Shown: positions 26,265 through 36,029 of the stretch, piece after piece
How positions within the stretch are numbered: position 1 is the first letter of the stretch
Layout of the letters: every line of letters starts with the position of its first letter
Virus record (IMG/VR): IMGVR_UViG_3300021959_000049
Location: 1-56,092 of that record
Reading direction: 5' to 3' (one strand)
Length of the DNA stretch: 56,092 bases
Origin: a virus
Taxonomy: Duplodnaviria > Caudoviricetes
Translations under genes and position numbers: made by a program
Notes under the pieces: model-generated
Seen by the model: only the letters and a program-made list of their open reading frames with translations
What the model was told of the DNA's origin: nothing
Databases searched by the model: none

Positions 26265-26495
26265 ATGCCAACAACCTACACAGTGTTTCAGTGCGCTAAT
26301 TGCTCACACCTCAGCACGATCAATACGCTCACCGGCTTTGCATTCTGCAAGGCATTCGGCGAACGACCCATTCCAGTTGACATCTTGATGAACGACTTCG
26401 TTCATGACAAGCCCTGGCCCAACGAAGAAGACCCACAGGACAACGGCATCATGTACGAAGAGATTCCAGACTTCGATAGCTTGCTCGATGACTGA
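26265..26495 (+). CDS. Small Cys-containing protein (candidate immunity or partner protein of the MuF fusion)
   Basis: QCANCSH...CKAF...IPVDI...HDKP...DNGIMYE; starts 1 nt after the MuF stop. Confidence 0.75.
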   Translation: MPTTYTVFQCANCSHLSTINTLTGFAFCKAFGERPIPVDILMNDFVHDKPWPNEEDPQDNGIMYEEIPDFDSLLDD

Positions 26496-26823
26496 GGTAA
26501 GAATTACTAGCGGGCACGGTATGCACGATGCCCAGGTTCTCGTCGACGGCGAGGATATCACCAGCAAGATCATGGGTATCCACATTGAGCTGACTAAGGG
26601 ACAGTTCAATCAGGTGGCGATCTTGTTGCAGCCGGATGTCGAGTTGAACTTGCAATCTGATGTAACAATGGTACAACAGGGCATCGGCTCTGAGTTCCTT
26701 GACGCTCTAGACACAAGCAGGCTTCACAGTGCAGCATGTAGCATGGAGTGGGGCGACACCGAGGATCTAGTAGCAAACGTAGTTGCACTCCTGAAAGAAG
26801 CACTCGATGGCGATCAACCTTGA
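26488..26823 (+). CDS. Hypothetical protein
   Basis: Overlaps both neighbours in the structural operon. Confidence 0.7.
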   Translation: MTEVRITSGHGMHDAQVLVDGEDITSKIMGIHIELTKGQFNQVAILLQPDVELNLQSDVTMVQQGIGSEFLDALDTSRLHSAACSMEWGDTEDLVANVVALLKEALDGDQP

Positions 26824-27226
26824 CCCAGTAGAGAATCAGATTGAAGATCTCATGGTTGACGCTGTTCGCATTGAGCGAGAGTCAGCAGGCAGCACTGCAA
26901 CTTTCAACTCTGCAACAGGAACCTACGATGCTGCCGCTAGCACGGTTGTCTACACCGGCAAGGCAATGATCAGCAACGGTAGGGTCGAGGAACGTGCCGT
27001 TGAAGTTGGCGGTCAGACCCGTGACGAAACCCCATACGTCGTACGCATTCCAAGCAATGATGCGATCGGTCGTATTGTCAAGAAGGACATCATCCACGTT
27101 ACGACCTGTACCCGCAGCCCTCAGCTTGAAGGCAAGGTCTTGGTCGTGCAGCAAGAGGTTCACGGAACTTACTCTGTTGGCCGCAAGATCCAAGCGGTGT
27201 TGCAGGACTATCAGGTGGATGCCTAA
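26807..27226 (+). CDS. Head-tail joining/stopper protein (DUF6093-like)
   Basis: LMVDAVRIER...TVVYTGKA pattern; position in the operon. Confidence 0.75.
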   Translation: MAINLDPVENQIEDLMVDAVRIERESAGSTATFNSATGTYDAAASTVVYTGKAMISNGRVEERAVEVGGQTRDETPYVVRIPSNDAIGRIVKKDIIHVTTCTRSPQLEGKVLVVQQEVHGTYSVGRKIQAVLQDYQVDA

Positions 27227-27666
27227 TGGCCGGGAAGAACTTTCTGGGCGTATCCATTGCATTTGGTGACCGAGAGATGGGGCTCTGGAAGAAGAAGCTA
27301 GACCACAAAGCCCGCAAAGACTTCATGAAGCAGACAGACCGGGTCACGCAGGAAAGTTCTCTAATGCTCTTGGAAGCAGTTAGAAAGAACGCAAGTGGTA
27401 GGCCCGGTCCGAGGGTCATCACCAACGCATACAGAAGTAGCTGGGGAGCCAAGATTGTTAGTGGTAAGCAGGGGCAGCAAGTAGCGGTCGTTGCATCGGA
27501 CCATCCAGCAGCCTGGAGACTTGAGTATGGTTTCAGTGGTCGGGACAGCCTCGGTCGTAACTACAACCAGCCACCCTTCCCGCACTTCAGGCCAGCGTTT
27601 GAGAAGACCCAGGAGTTCTTCTTCAAGAGCATGGATGCAGTCATGGCTGAATGGACGGACAAATGA
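27226..27666 (+). CDS. HK97 gp10-like tail completion protein
   Basis: RPGPRVITNAYRSSW...RLEYGF...QPPFPHFRPA. Confidence 0.8.
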   Translation: MAGKNFLGVSIAFGDREMGLWKKKLDHKARKDFMKQTDRVTQESSLMLLEAVRKNASGRPGPRVITNAYRSSWGAKIVSGKQGQQVAVVASDHPAAWRLEYGFSGRDSLGRNYNQPPFPHFRPAFEKTQEFFFKSMDAVMAEWTDK

Positions 27667-28064
27667 GCATCAACGCACTTCTCCTTGAGATCAAAGCTAG
27701 GCTCGAAAGCGTGGCGTCTGACTGGCCCGTTGGCCTGGGCGAAGTAACCGACGGTGACACGCATACACCTGGCACCAATGATCATTACTTCATTGTTCAC
27801 TACCTGGGATACAACGGGATCAGGCAGTCCTCGATGGGCTTGGACCAAGCCATCCGGCAAGACAATGTTCAAGTTACGGTCACAGCCACTACACTAGAAC
27901 AGTGCAGTTGGGGCGTTGACAAAGTTGAGGACTCGCTGTTGAACCATGACTTCACAAATTGCCTTTACCAGCAGTTGGAAGAGACCACTGATATAGTTGT
28001 CGAAGAGTCGGGTCTTTGGACCGGACACCTAACGCTCGTGTTTCACAGAGAGGGAACAGCCTAA
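27663..28064 (+). CDS. Tail terminator (putative)
   Basis: Size and position before the tail tube gene. Confidence 0.65.
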   Translation: MSINALLLEIKARLESVASDWPVGLGEVTDGDTHTPGTNDHYFIVHYLGYNGIRQSSMGLDQAIRQDNVQVTVTATTLEQCSWGVDKVEDSLLNHDFTNCLYQQLEETTDIVVEESGLWTGHLTLVFHREGTA

Positions 28065-28354
28065 TGTCGCATCACCGTAAAGTTCGCAATGGCGAGATCG
28101 CTATCCGCAACGCAGAGACGCAGGGGACGATGGTTGTTCCTGCACGCTCGTATGACAAATACTGGAAAGGTCGTGGCTGGGTGCCTGTCGGCAAGTCCAC
28201 TATTGACGAGGTCATCGAGACAGATGGCTACGGCTCTGCTGCCGAGGCAGTTGAAGATCTTGGAGAGGACGAGGTCGGTAGCGAGATTCTCGACAAAGCA
28301 GTCTCTGAAGGCTACGTCAAGAAGTCAACTAAGAAGAAGACTTCGGGTAGCTGA
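28064..28354 (+). CDS. Hypothetical protein
   Basis: TAATG coupling; WKGRGW motif. Confidence 0.65.
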   Translation: MSHHRKVRNGEIAIRNAETQGTMVVPARSYDKYWKGRGWVPVGKSTIDEVIETDGYGSAAEAVEDLGEDEVGSEILDKAVSEGYVKKSTKKKTSGS

Positions 28355-28409
28355 GTTCTACAAGATCTAATATTTACCACGGACCATTCCCAACTTGAAG
28401 GGATAGAGC

Positions 28410-28883
28410 ATGGCACGTTTCATGCGCAAGGGCGTCACCAAGGTCTACTTTGTGCCCACGATCTCCTCGGTTACCGCCGCAACGGTTGCTGAGGTCACTG
28501 CTGGTACGGAGCTTGGGTCTGAACTCGCTGATGTGAGCGGTTTCGCCTTCACCAACAACCCCATTTCCACTCCGGATATGGACAACCAGTTCGTCTCGCA
28601 GATCACGGGCGAGGACACGGCTGACCAGTCGTCCCTTACCTTCTACGAAGACGACACTTCCACCACCATCAAGGATGCGCTGGCTAAGGGTACTGCTGGG
28701 TACGTCCTCTTCTACTACGCCGGTCTTGCGGGCGCTTCGCCTGCTGCTGCCGACGAGTACGAGGCCTTCCCCGTTACGGTTTCCGCGGCTCCGCGCCTCT
28801 ACAGTGCTGGTAACGAAGCGGCGCAGTTCCGTGTGGACTTTGCGATCACCGCTGTTCCCCAGGAAGGCACGACCGCTGCCTAG
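28410..28883 (+). CDS. Major tail (tube) protein
   Basis: MARFMRKGVTKVYFVPTI...TPDMDNQFVSQITGED; actinophage tail-tube-like. Confidence 0.88.
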   Translation: MARFMRKGVTKVYFVPTISSVTAATVAEVTAGTELGSELADVSGFAFTNNPISTPDMDNQFVSQITGEDTADQSSLTFYEDDTSTTIKDALAKGTAGYVLFYYAGLAGASPAAADEYEAFPVTVSAAPRLYSAGNEAAQFRVDFAITAVPQEGTTAA

Positions 28884-28914
28884 TGGTCGTTAGAAAGAGA
28901 TAGGAATAGAACAG

Positions 28915-29475
28915 ATGCCACCTAAGAAGCCAGCAACTCTCGACCACTTGCGCAGCAAGAAGAAGCCAGTCGAAAGGTCCGTTAGACTGGTCACCGACCT
29001 AGGGCTCAAAGATGAGCACAACGGTCTTGTCACGAACATGGAGAAAGCCAAACTCCGGAGTGACGCCAAACCCACAGACGAGAGTCTTCGGACAGAACTT
29101 GAGGATTTGCGGACTCAAGTTGAGAAGTCCGAGAAGCAGCTTCTAAATGAGAGCATCAAGTTCAGGTTCCGCTCTCTTGGTTACAAGCGTTACGACCAGC
29201 TCATGACCGATCATCTAATGACTGATGAACGGATTCGTGAGCTGGTCGACGCTGGTAAGATCTCAGAAGAAGACTCACAGCAACTAACTTGGGACCCAGA
29301 GACCTTCCCAGTTGCACTCATCGTCGCTTGCATGATTGAGCCTGAGGCTCCTGAGGAAGAGCTTGCAGAGTGGCTGGCAGATGGCTCGTTCAACACGACC
29401 GAGATTCAAGAGCTGTTCGCTGCTGCGATGACCTGCAATGTTGCAGCCTCAAGGGTTGAACTGGGAAACTCCTAA
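28915..29475 (+). CDS. Tail assembly chaperone (G)
   Basis: Between tube and tape measure genes; ends at a slippery heptamer. Confidence 0.85.
   Translation: MPPKKPATLDHLRSKKKPVERSVRLVTDLGLKDEHNGLVTNMEKAKLRSDAKPTDESLRTELEDLRTQVEKSEKQLLNESIKFRFRSLGYKRYDQLMTDHLMTDERIRELVDAGKISEEDSQQLTWDPETFPVALIVACMIEPEAPEEELAEWLADGSFNTTEIQELFAAAMTCNVAASRVELGNS
29463..29469 (+). other. -1 programmed ribosomal frameshift site G GGA AAC
   Basis: X XXY YYZ heptamer two codons before the stop; the -1 frame is open (KLLKDHRVKRVLDYVVPLG...) into 29508-29804. Confidence 0.85.
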
Positions 29476-29804
29476 AGGATCACAGAGTCAAGAGAGTCCT
29501 TGACTATGTGGTCCCGCTCGGGATTCCCTACAGCGAATTTCTAACTTGGGACGAACAGGACCAAGACCTTGCGCTAGCCTGGCTTCAGGCCAAAGCAGTC
29601 AGGTGTCCCAGTTGCGGTACAATTCCTGACGAATGGCTAGATGAAGAAGGTAAGCACCTAGAACCTCAACCCTACATAGCTACGGCTCATCGCTGCCTAG
29701 GATGCGAGACTCTTCACGAGAAGCACGAAGAAGTCAAGGGTCCAGACGGTCACACTGATCGCCGGTACACCATTGGTCTCATCAAGAACAGGGACAAACT
29801 GTGA
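29466..29804 (+). CDS. Tail assembly chaperone, frameshifted extension (GT)
   Basis: Open -1 frame with W...DQDLALAW...CPSCG...CLGC. Confidence 0.8.
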   Translation, partial: KLLKDHRVKRVLDYVVPLGIPYSEFLTWDEQDQDLALAWLQAKAVRCPSCGTIPDEWLDEEGKHLEPQPYIATAHRCLGCETLHEKHEEVKGPDGHTDRRYTIGLIKNRDKL

Positions 29805-32800
29805 AGCGACAAATCGCAGCCAAGATTACCGGTGACGCCAAAGACTTTGTCAAGGCGATGCAGGAGGCAGAGACCTCCATTGAGAAGTTCACGGTAACTG
29901 CTTCTAGTTTGGCAGAAGCCTTCGGCACCGTTGGCATGGCCATTGACGAGGTTGAGCGCAAGACCAAGCGCCTCGGTCAGAAGATGGCAGCTACCGGCAC
30001 AGGCATGGCTATCAGCCTGGGCTTTGCCACCAAGCAAGCGTCTGACTTCCAGCGTGAGATGCTGAATGTGAACAGTATCGCTGGTGAGTCTGCGCACCAG
30101 TTCGAGAGAACACAGCAAGCAGTTATTGCTCTGTCCCGCCAAGTTCCGCAGAGCGCTGAAGTTCTCGCAGCAGGTCTTTACGACATTAGCAGTAGCGGTT
30201 TCCAGGGTGCCGAGGCGCTAGAGATCCTTGAGGCTGCTGCTATCTCTGCGTCGGCAGGTCTTACGCAAGCAGAGGTTTCCTCAGGTGCTATCGCTGCCAT
30301 CCTGAATGCATACGGTCTTCAAGCAAGCGAAGCTACTGACATCAGTGACATCTTGTTCCAGACTGTGAACGTCGGTGTTCTTACATTCGAAGAACTCGCA
30401 GTGACCGTCGGTGATTGGGTTGCTACAGCCGCCGCCGCTGGCATCGCTGCGGACGAAGCCGCCGCTGCAATCGCCACGATGACGCTGCAAGGCATCAACG
30501 CATCAGAGGCATCTACTGCCCTGGCTCGTGTGATGCAGTCCTTCATTGACCCTAGCGAAGCCTTCGCGGAAGTTATCGAAGATCTCGGTTACAGCTCGGG
30601 TCTCTCGATGGTACAAACCGAGGGCTTGGCTGGAGCTATGGCCATTCTGCAGAGGGAGACTGGCGGCTCAGTTGAGCAGGTCACAGACTTGTTCAACGAC
30701 ATCCGTGCTGGTCGTGGTGCGCTTGCGCTCATGGCACAGGAAGGTCAGTTGTTCGCAGAGGTGGCTGGTCAGGTCGCAGACGAATCGCAAAGGGCCGGAG
30801 CTGCCGCCGATGTGTTCGCTGTTCAGGCCGAAGGCTTGGGTTTCCAAATGGGAATCCTCAGCAACAACATGAACGCCTTTGCCATTGAGATCGGGCAAAC
30901 ACTGATCCCTGTCATCACCAAGATGGTAGAGCTAGCGACACTGCTGGCAGAAGGATTCAACGCACTACCCGGACCGGTCAAGCAAACCATCGCAGTGATG
31001 ACTGCCATTGCAGCGGTCGGCCTGATTGTCTCTGGCGTGTTCATCGCACTGTTTGCAAAGCAGATCATCTGGCAGACGGGCATGAACCTGCTGTCGCAAT
31101 CTTTCAGCAGAGCTGCGGCATCAGCTACGGGCCTGGGTGCTGCTGGCAATGTCGCCGCCGCAGGTCTGGCAAAGGCTGGAACTGCTGCCAGTGTTGCCGC
31201 CACAAAGATGGGTCCACTATCAACCATCACAAGCACTGCGAGACTCGGCATGATGGGTCTCGGCAAAGCCGCCGGAACTGGTGCTGCCCGCCTTGCAGGG
31301 TTCGCAACTACAGGCGTCCTGGCTGCGTTTGTCCTATGGGATATCCGTAAGAACAGCCTTGCCGCCAGAGACGCAATGAACGGGCTCGCGGATTCCATGC
31401 GTGAGAGCTTCAACGTAAGTCAGCTAGACCAAGCTGACGCTGCTCTCGAGAGGATGCGGCAGCAGGTAACAGATCTTAAGAACGAAACCTTTGGATTCCT
31501 CGACGCAGTTGGACTGATCGTCACGGGTCAGTCTTTGCCTGGCTTTGGTATCTTCGGTGGCGACGACGGCATCATTGGTCGCAACCCAGTTGCTGAGAAA
31601 GCCCAGGCTGAGGCCGAAGCCATGCAGGTGCTCATCGAATACGAGCAGCGGAGCAACCTGGCATACGCCACCATTCGCGCAGGTGTTGCAGAGGCTCGTG
31701 GCGAAGTCGACATGTTCGGTGAGTCTTACGGCGCCAGCCTCATCACGCTTTCAGACGGAACCACTAAGGTTCTTGAAGGGCAAGACGCTATCCTCAGGTC
31801 GACTGAAGACTTGAGCGATGCTCAGATTGCTGCAATCAGCTCAGCCGCTGGTGTTGATCTCAGTGCCATTTACGGTGGCACAGCAACCGCAGAGGATATC
31901 CGCAGGATCGCCGATGAAGTGGTTGCCTATGAGCAGGCACTCACCGCAGCCGACCCGGCTAGTGGCAGGCTGGCTCTGCAACTGATTGAACTAAGCGACG
32001 AGGCAACAACTGTTGCCCAGAAGTTTGACCTGCTCAATCAGATCTTCCGCGACATCATCGACGACAGCTTTGCTTTCGATGAAGCTACCGACAATGTCAA
32101 CAGCCTTATCAACGGGATCGCGCAGTCAATCATTGACCTGGAAGGGGGAACAAGCCTTGCCGAGGCAATGGACTTCGATAACTTCTCAGACGAGGCTATC
32201 GGACTGCGAGATGAGTTCCGTGGACTTATCGGCGGTGTCATTCAGCAGACTCAGGCTTGGGCTGAGTCGCAAGAGAACCTGACCGGCATTGAGCTGGCTG
32301 CCTACATCCAAGACCAGATCGGAGAACTCGAGGGCTTGTTCGATACGCTGGAGTTGACCGAGGAGCAGGCAGACGCTTTCCTTGAGCCGCTCAAGGCTAT
32401 TGCAGAGAACCCAGACATCTTTCTCGCTTTCGATAACAATCTTGACGAGGACGAGAACGACCTGGACTCTGTAGAAGAACAGCTTGAGCGCATCGACGAC
32501 CTTGAGGTTGAGCCCAGCATCGGACTTGACATCAGCGAGTTCGAGCGCAAGATGCGACTGTTCGAGTCAGCGTTCAGTCGCATCCCGCAGTTCACCGGTC
32601 CGACATTGCCACCCGACCCGACCCAGCTTCCAGGCTACGGATCTGTCTACAACGCTGACGGTGGTCACTACCCGACCATCGCCCGTGGCGGCCCGATGCG
32701 TATCTGGAACGAACCGGAGACCGGTGGCGAGGCTTACATTCCGCTCGGCAAGAACAAGCGTGCTACCGCCATGCCTGTGCTGATGCAGGTCCTGAAAGAG

Positions 32801-33946
32801 TTCGGGATCATGAGCTTTGCCAACGGCGGTATCAACATTGACCGACCTGACATCTTCGATCGGCAGCCAGGTGCTACCTCGGGAGTTGGCGGCGGTGGGG
32901 GTGGCATTCCCAGCCCCCAGGCGATCCTTGGTCTGAGCGCCAACCAGTTGACAGTTGGTGCCATCACTCAGGAAGAGTACGAAGATCGACTTCGGGCGCT
33001 GCTTGGTATCTTTGACGAGTTCAGTAACGACTACACCCGAGTGTGGTCTGAGCTTGATCAGTTTGACAAAGAGCGCGTGCGCGAAGCAGAAGACCGTGCC
33101 GAGGAGGAGAAGCGTGCTGCTGAGGAGGCTATCTTCGAGAAGGACCGCCTCATGTCCACTCGGTTCGTCACTGGTGACCTGGAGCGTGACCAGTACCTTG
33201 AGTTCTTGCAGAACCGTTTGGATGGCACAGAAGAGTTCACCGATGAGTGGTTTAGTTACTGGCGTGAGATCCAGAATCTGCAAGACCAGATCACCTCAGA
33301 TGAGGCAGCCTCGGTGCGTGAGACTCAGCGTATTGAGGATCTCAAGTATGAGATCGGCACGACTAGCACCTCTGACTACCTCGTTATCCTGCGCGACAGG
33401 CTGGCAGGTCTTGAAGAGTTCAGCGAAGAGTGGGCTGCTACCTGGCGATTGATTCAGCAGGCCGAGCAGGTCGCTCTTGAAGAGTCTTCCCCTGCTGAGG
33501 TTACAAGCAACCGCCTAAGTGACTTCTCTGGCGCTGGGTTCGTGAGCACAAACCAGCTCACCGCCTACTACGAACGCAAAGCTCGTGACGCTGTTGAGTG
33601 GTACGGCATTGTGCAGCGCCTCAGCTCAGCAGGAGTCAGTCCGGTACTGATTCAGGATCTGCTTGCAGGTGGACCCAGCAGCCTGCCGATGGCAAAGGCC
33701 ATTGAGCGGATGTATCAGCAAGGCGACCTTGCACAACTGACCAGCAACCTAGATGCCATCAGTGCGGTAGAGCGAGTGTCTGGCAGCTTTGTCGGCAACG
33801 TGAGCGGAACCCTGCCAACATTGGGGAATGCCATTGGTGGCGGCGAAGGTGCTATCATCATCGAAGGGGACATGTACTTCAGCGGGATTGACGACGTCAG
33901 AGAGTTCATTGAGAACATCGAGTTTGAGATTGCTTCACGGTCATGA
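29801..33946 (+). CDS. Tape measure protein
   Basis: 1381 aa, Ala-rich; TP901-type core, TM-like segment, and ADGG...EPETGGEAYIPL motif. Confidence 0.95.
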   Translation: MKRQIAAKITGDAKDFVKAMQEAETSIEKFTVTASSLAEAFGTVGMAIDEVERKTKRLGQKMAATGTGMAISLGFATKQASDFQREMLNVNSIAGESAHQFERTQQAVIALSRQVPQSAEVLAAGLYDISSSGFQGAEALEILEAAAISASAGLTQAEVSSGAIAAILNAYGLQASEATDISDILFQTVNVGVLTFEELAVTVGDWVATAAAAGIAADEAAAAIATMTLQGINASEASTALARVMQSFIDPSEAFAEVIEDLGYSSGLSMVQTEGLAGAMAILQRETGGSVEQVTDLFNDIRAGRGALALMAQEGQLFAEVAGQVADESQRAGAAADVFAVQAEGLGFQMGILSNNMNAFAIEIGQTLIPVITKMVELATLLAEGFNALPGPVKQTIAVMTAIAAVGLIVSGVFIALFAKQIIWQTGMNLLSQSFSRAAASATGLGAAGNVAAAGLAKAGTAASVAATKMGPLSTITSTARLGMMGLGKAAGTGAARLAGFATTGVLAAFVLWDIRKNSLAARDAMNGLADSMRESFNVSQLDQADAALERMRQQVTDLKNETFGFLDAVGLIVTGQSLPGFGIFGGDDGIIGRNPVAEKAQAEAEAMQVLIEYEQRSNLAYATIRAGVAEARGEVDMFGESYGASLITLSDGTTKVLEGQDAILRSTEDLSDAQIAAISSAAGVDLSAIYGGTATAEDIRRIADEVVAYEQALTAADPASGRLALQLIELSDEATTVAQKFDLLNQIFRDIIDDSFAFDEATDNVNSLINGIAQSIIDLEGGTSLAEAMDFDNFSDEAIGLRDEFRGLIGGVIQQTQAWAESQENLTGIELAAYIQDQIGELEGLFDTLELTEEQADAFLEPLKAIAENPDIFLAFDNNLDEDENDLDSVEEQLERIDDLEVEPSIGLDISEFERKMRLFESAFSRIPQFTGPTLPPDPTQLPGYGSVYNADGGHYPTIARGGPMRIWNEPETGGEAYIPLGKNKRATAMPVLMQVLKEFGIMSFANGGINIDRPDIFDRQPGATSGVGGGGGGIPSPQAILGLSANQLTVGAITQEEYEDRLRALLGIFDEFSNDYTRVWSELDQFDKERVREAEDRAEEEKRAAEEAIFEKDRLMSTRFVTGDLERDQYLEFLQNRLDGTEEFTDEWFSYWREIQNLQDQITSDEAASVRETQRIEDLKYEIGTTSTSDYLVILRDRLAGLEEFSEEWAATWRLIQQAEQVALEESSPAEVTSNRLSDFSGAGFVSTNQLTAYYERKARDAVEWYGIVQRLSSAGVSPVLIQDLLAGGPSSLPMAKAIERMYQQGDLAQLTSNLDAISAVERVSGSFVGNVSGTLPTLGNAIGGGEGAIIIEGDMYFSGIDDVREFIENIEFEIASRS

Positions 33947-34800
33947 TTTACCTTAGCGACGACGACAACGGCGTAATCCCACGGGTTGATCTCAACCGAG
34001 ACAACCAGATCATCATCAGTCAGCTTGACCCTGGCTTCCCAGCGATCCGTGAGGTCACCGACCCCTACGTTGATGCAAGCGGTGTGATCGACAGCACCGT
34101 CTATCACGATGCTCGCCGGGTGAGCCTGCGTGGCATGATCGTCGATGGGGCTCTGCCCAGGCACCAAGTTCTAAACCGGATCATGGCTCACATGATTCCT
34201 AGCGCACGCAGCTATCTCCACTGGCAGCTCAACGACGAGACCAGCGCTGACGCTCGTTGCGTCCGCTTCCGTGCGGGCAACGTCAGTCGCCCGGTTCAAG
34301 CTCACAACCGTATCTACTTCAATCTGAGCCTGATCGCAGCCAAGGGTGTGATCGAGTCCAGCGAGCTGATCACTAAGACCATCAATCCATCAACTGCGGG
34401 TGGCACCGAAAGTGGTCGCGCATACGACTTGACGTTTGACCGGACCTACCCCGCCAGTGATCCAATCGGTAGTGCGAACATTGAGAACTTGGGTAGCGTG
34501 ACAGCTTGGCCTATCATCAAGATCTTCGGAGAATGCACCAATCCGGTGATCGACAACGTGACGACAGGACAAAGCTTTGAGTTCCCGTCGCTCTCTGTGG
34601 CGGCTGGTGAGGTCATCACGATTGATACCGTCAACCGTACTATCCTGAATCAAAGCGACCAGAGCAGGATGCCAGATCTAGACCTCACCACGAGCGAGTG
34701 GTGGGGGCTACAGTCAGGCGTGAACATTCTTGCTTTCCAGCCCACCACCTCTACAGCCGCCTCCAAGTGTACGGTTCAGTACCGTCACGCTTACATCTAG
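33943..34800 (+). CDS. Distal tail protein (Dit-like)
   Basis: Follows the tape measure gene; NLGSVTAWPIIKIFG...NP...WWGLQSGVN. Confidence 0.85.
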   Translation: MIYLSDDDNGVIPRVDLNRDNQIIISQLDPGFPAIREVTDPYVDASGVIDSTVYHDARRVSLRGMIVDGALPRHQVLNRIMAHMIPSARSYLHWQLNDETSADARCVRFRAGNVSRPVQAHNRIYFNLSLIAAKGVIESSELITKTINPSTAGGTESGRAYDLTFDRTYPASDPIGSANIENLGSVTAWPIIKIFGECTNPVIDNVTTGQSFEFPSLSVAAGEVITIDTVNRTILNQSDQSRMPDLDLTTSEWWGLQSGVNILAFQPTTSTAASKCTVQYRHAYI

Positions 34801-34814
34801 GGAGACCCAGACTC

Positions 34815-36026
34815 ATGACCATTTACGGCAACTGGCTACAGAACGTGACCTATGCGGCACGCATTGATCGCCAGATCCTTGAGGGGCTTACCAACGGTGA
34901 AGGCGTCGTTGGCTTGGCTGCCTTCAAGGGCGAGCTCAGCACAGGAACTCTCAGCATTGACCTTGCCGCTGGGCAGGCCATTGTTCAGGGCGACGATCAA
35001 ACCAACCAGGGTCGGTATGCAGTCCTCAGTGACGCTAGCGCCAATGTGGCCCTGACTGCACCAGCTAGCGATAGCAAGTACGTCGCTGTTGGCCTTCAGG
35101 TTCAAGACCCGAACGCAACTGGTCCCGCAGGTGACAATGTCATCTTTGACACGGTTGACGGTTCTAGTGGGTCTTCTCCGACCAAGCCAACCATCCCCGA
35201 CAGCTTCTTGTTGCTCTACTGGGTCTTGGTTCCGAGCACGGCGACTGTTGGCAGCGACTGCACCGCTGAAGATATGCGGTCTGATGTTCAGTCCACGCCG
35301 ACTGGCAGCATCATGCCTTGGGCTGGCGGCAATAGCGCGAACCTGCCTGCTGGCTATCTGCGTGCGGATGGTAGCGCAGTCAGCCGCACGACCTACGCAA
35401 GCCTGTGGGAAGTTTGCGGAACCACTTACGGTTCTGGTGATGGTAGCACCACGTTCAACCTGCCTGACTTGCGCGGTCGTGTTCCTGTTGGCATTGACGA
35501 CATGGGCAACGGTGATGCCGGTCGCCTGACTATCGGTCAGACCCTGGGTGCAGGCGGCGGGCAGGAAGAAGTGGCCCTTACCGTTGTTGAGATGCCTGCG
35601 CACGATCACTCAGGTGACACCGGGAACACTACGGCCACCCACAATCACGGCGCAGGATCTTACTCTGCTGATTCGGGTGGTAGTCACACTCACAATCAGG
35701 GCACTCTAGCAACGACCTCAAATGGCACGCACTTTCACGAGATGGCCGATACCTTCGCCCGCCTGAGCGGAGAACCTGCTGGTCGTAGCCCAAGTGAAAT
35801 CTCTTCTGCTGATACCAGCAGCCCGCTGCTGACTGCTTCTGCTGGTGCGCACACTCACACCATCACCGGTAGTGTCTCGACCCACACCGGTCACACTCAC
35901 ACCGTTTCCGGAACAAGCGCCAACGGTGGGGCTAGTCACAAGCACAGCATTAGCTCTCAGGGAAGCGGCACGGCTCACACCAACATGCAGCCATACGTCG
36001 CACTCAGCTACCTGATCAAGACCTGA
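34815..36026 (+). CDS. Minor tail/fibre protein with tail-collar domain
   Basis: PTGSIMPWAG...GSAVSRTTYASL...TTFNLPDLRGR; HxH repeats; HTNMQPY. Confidence 0.9.
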   Translation: MTIYGNWLQNVTYAARIDRQILEGLTNGEGVVGLAAFKGELSTGTLSIDLAAGQAIVQGDDQTNQGRYAVLSDASANVALTAPASDSKYVAVGLQVQDPNATGPAGDNVIFDTVDGSSGSSPTKPTIPDSFLLLYWVLVPSTATVGSDCTAEDMRSDVQSTPTGSIMPWAGGNSANLPAGYLRADGSAVSRTTYASLWEVCGTTYGSGDGSTTFNLPDLRGRVPVGIDDMGNGDAGRLTIGQTLGAGGGQEEVALTVVEMPAHDHSGDTGNTTATHNHGAGSYSADSGGSHTHNQGTLATTSNGTHFHEMADTFARLSGEPAGRSPSEISSADTSSPLLTASAGAHTHTITGSVSTHTGHTHTVSGTSANGGASHKHSISSQGSGTAHTNMQPYVALSYLIKT

Positions 36027-36029
36027 GTC

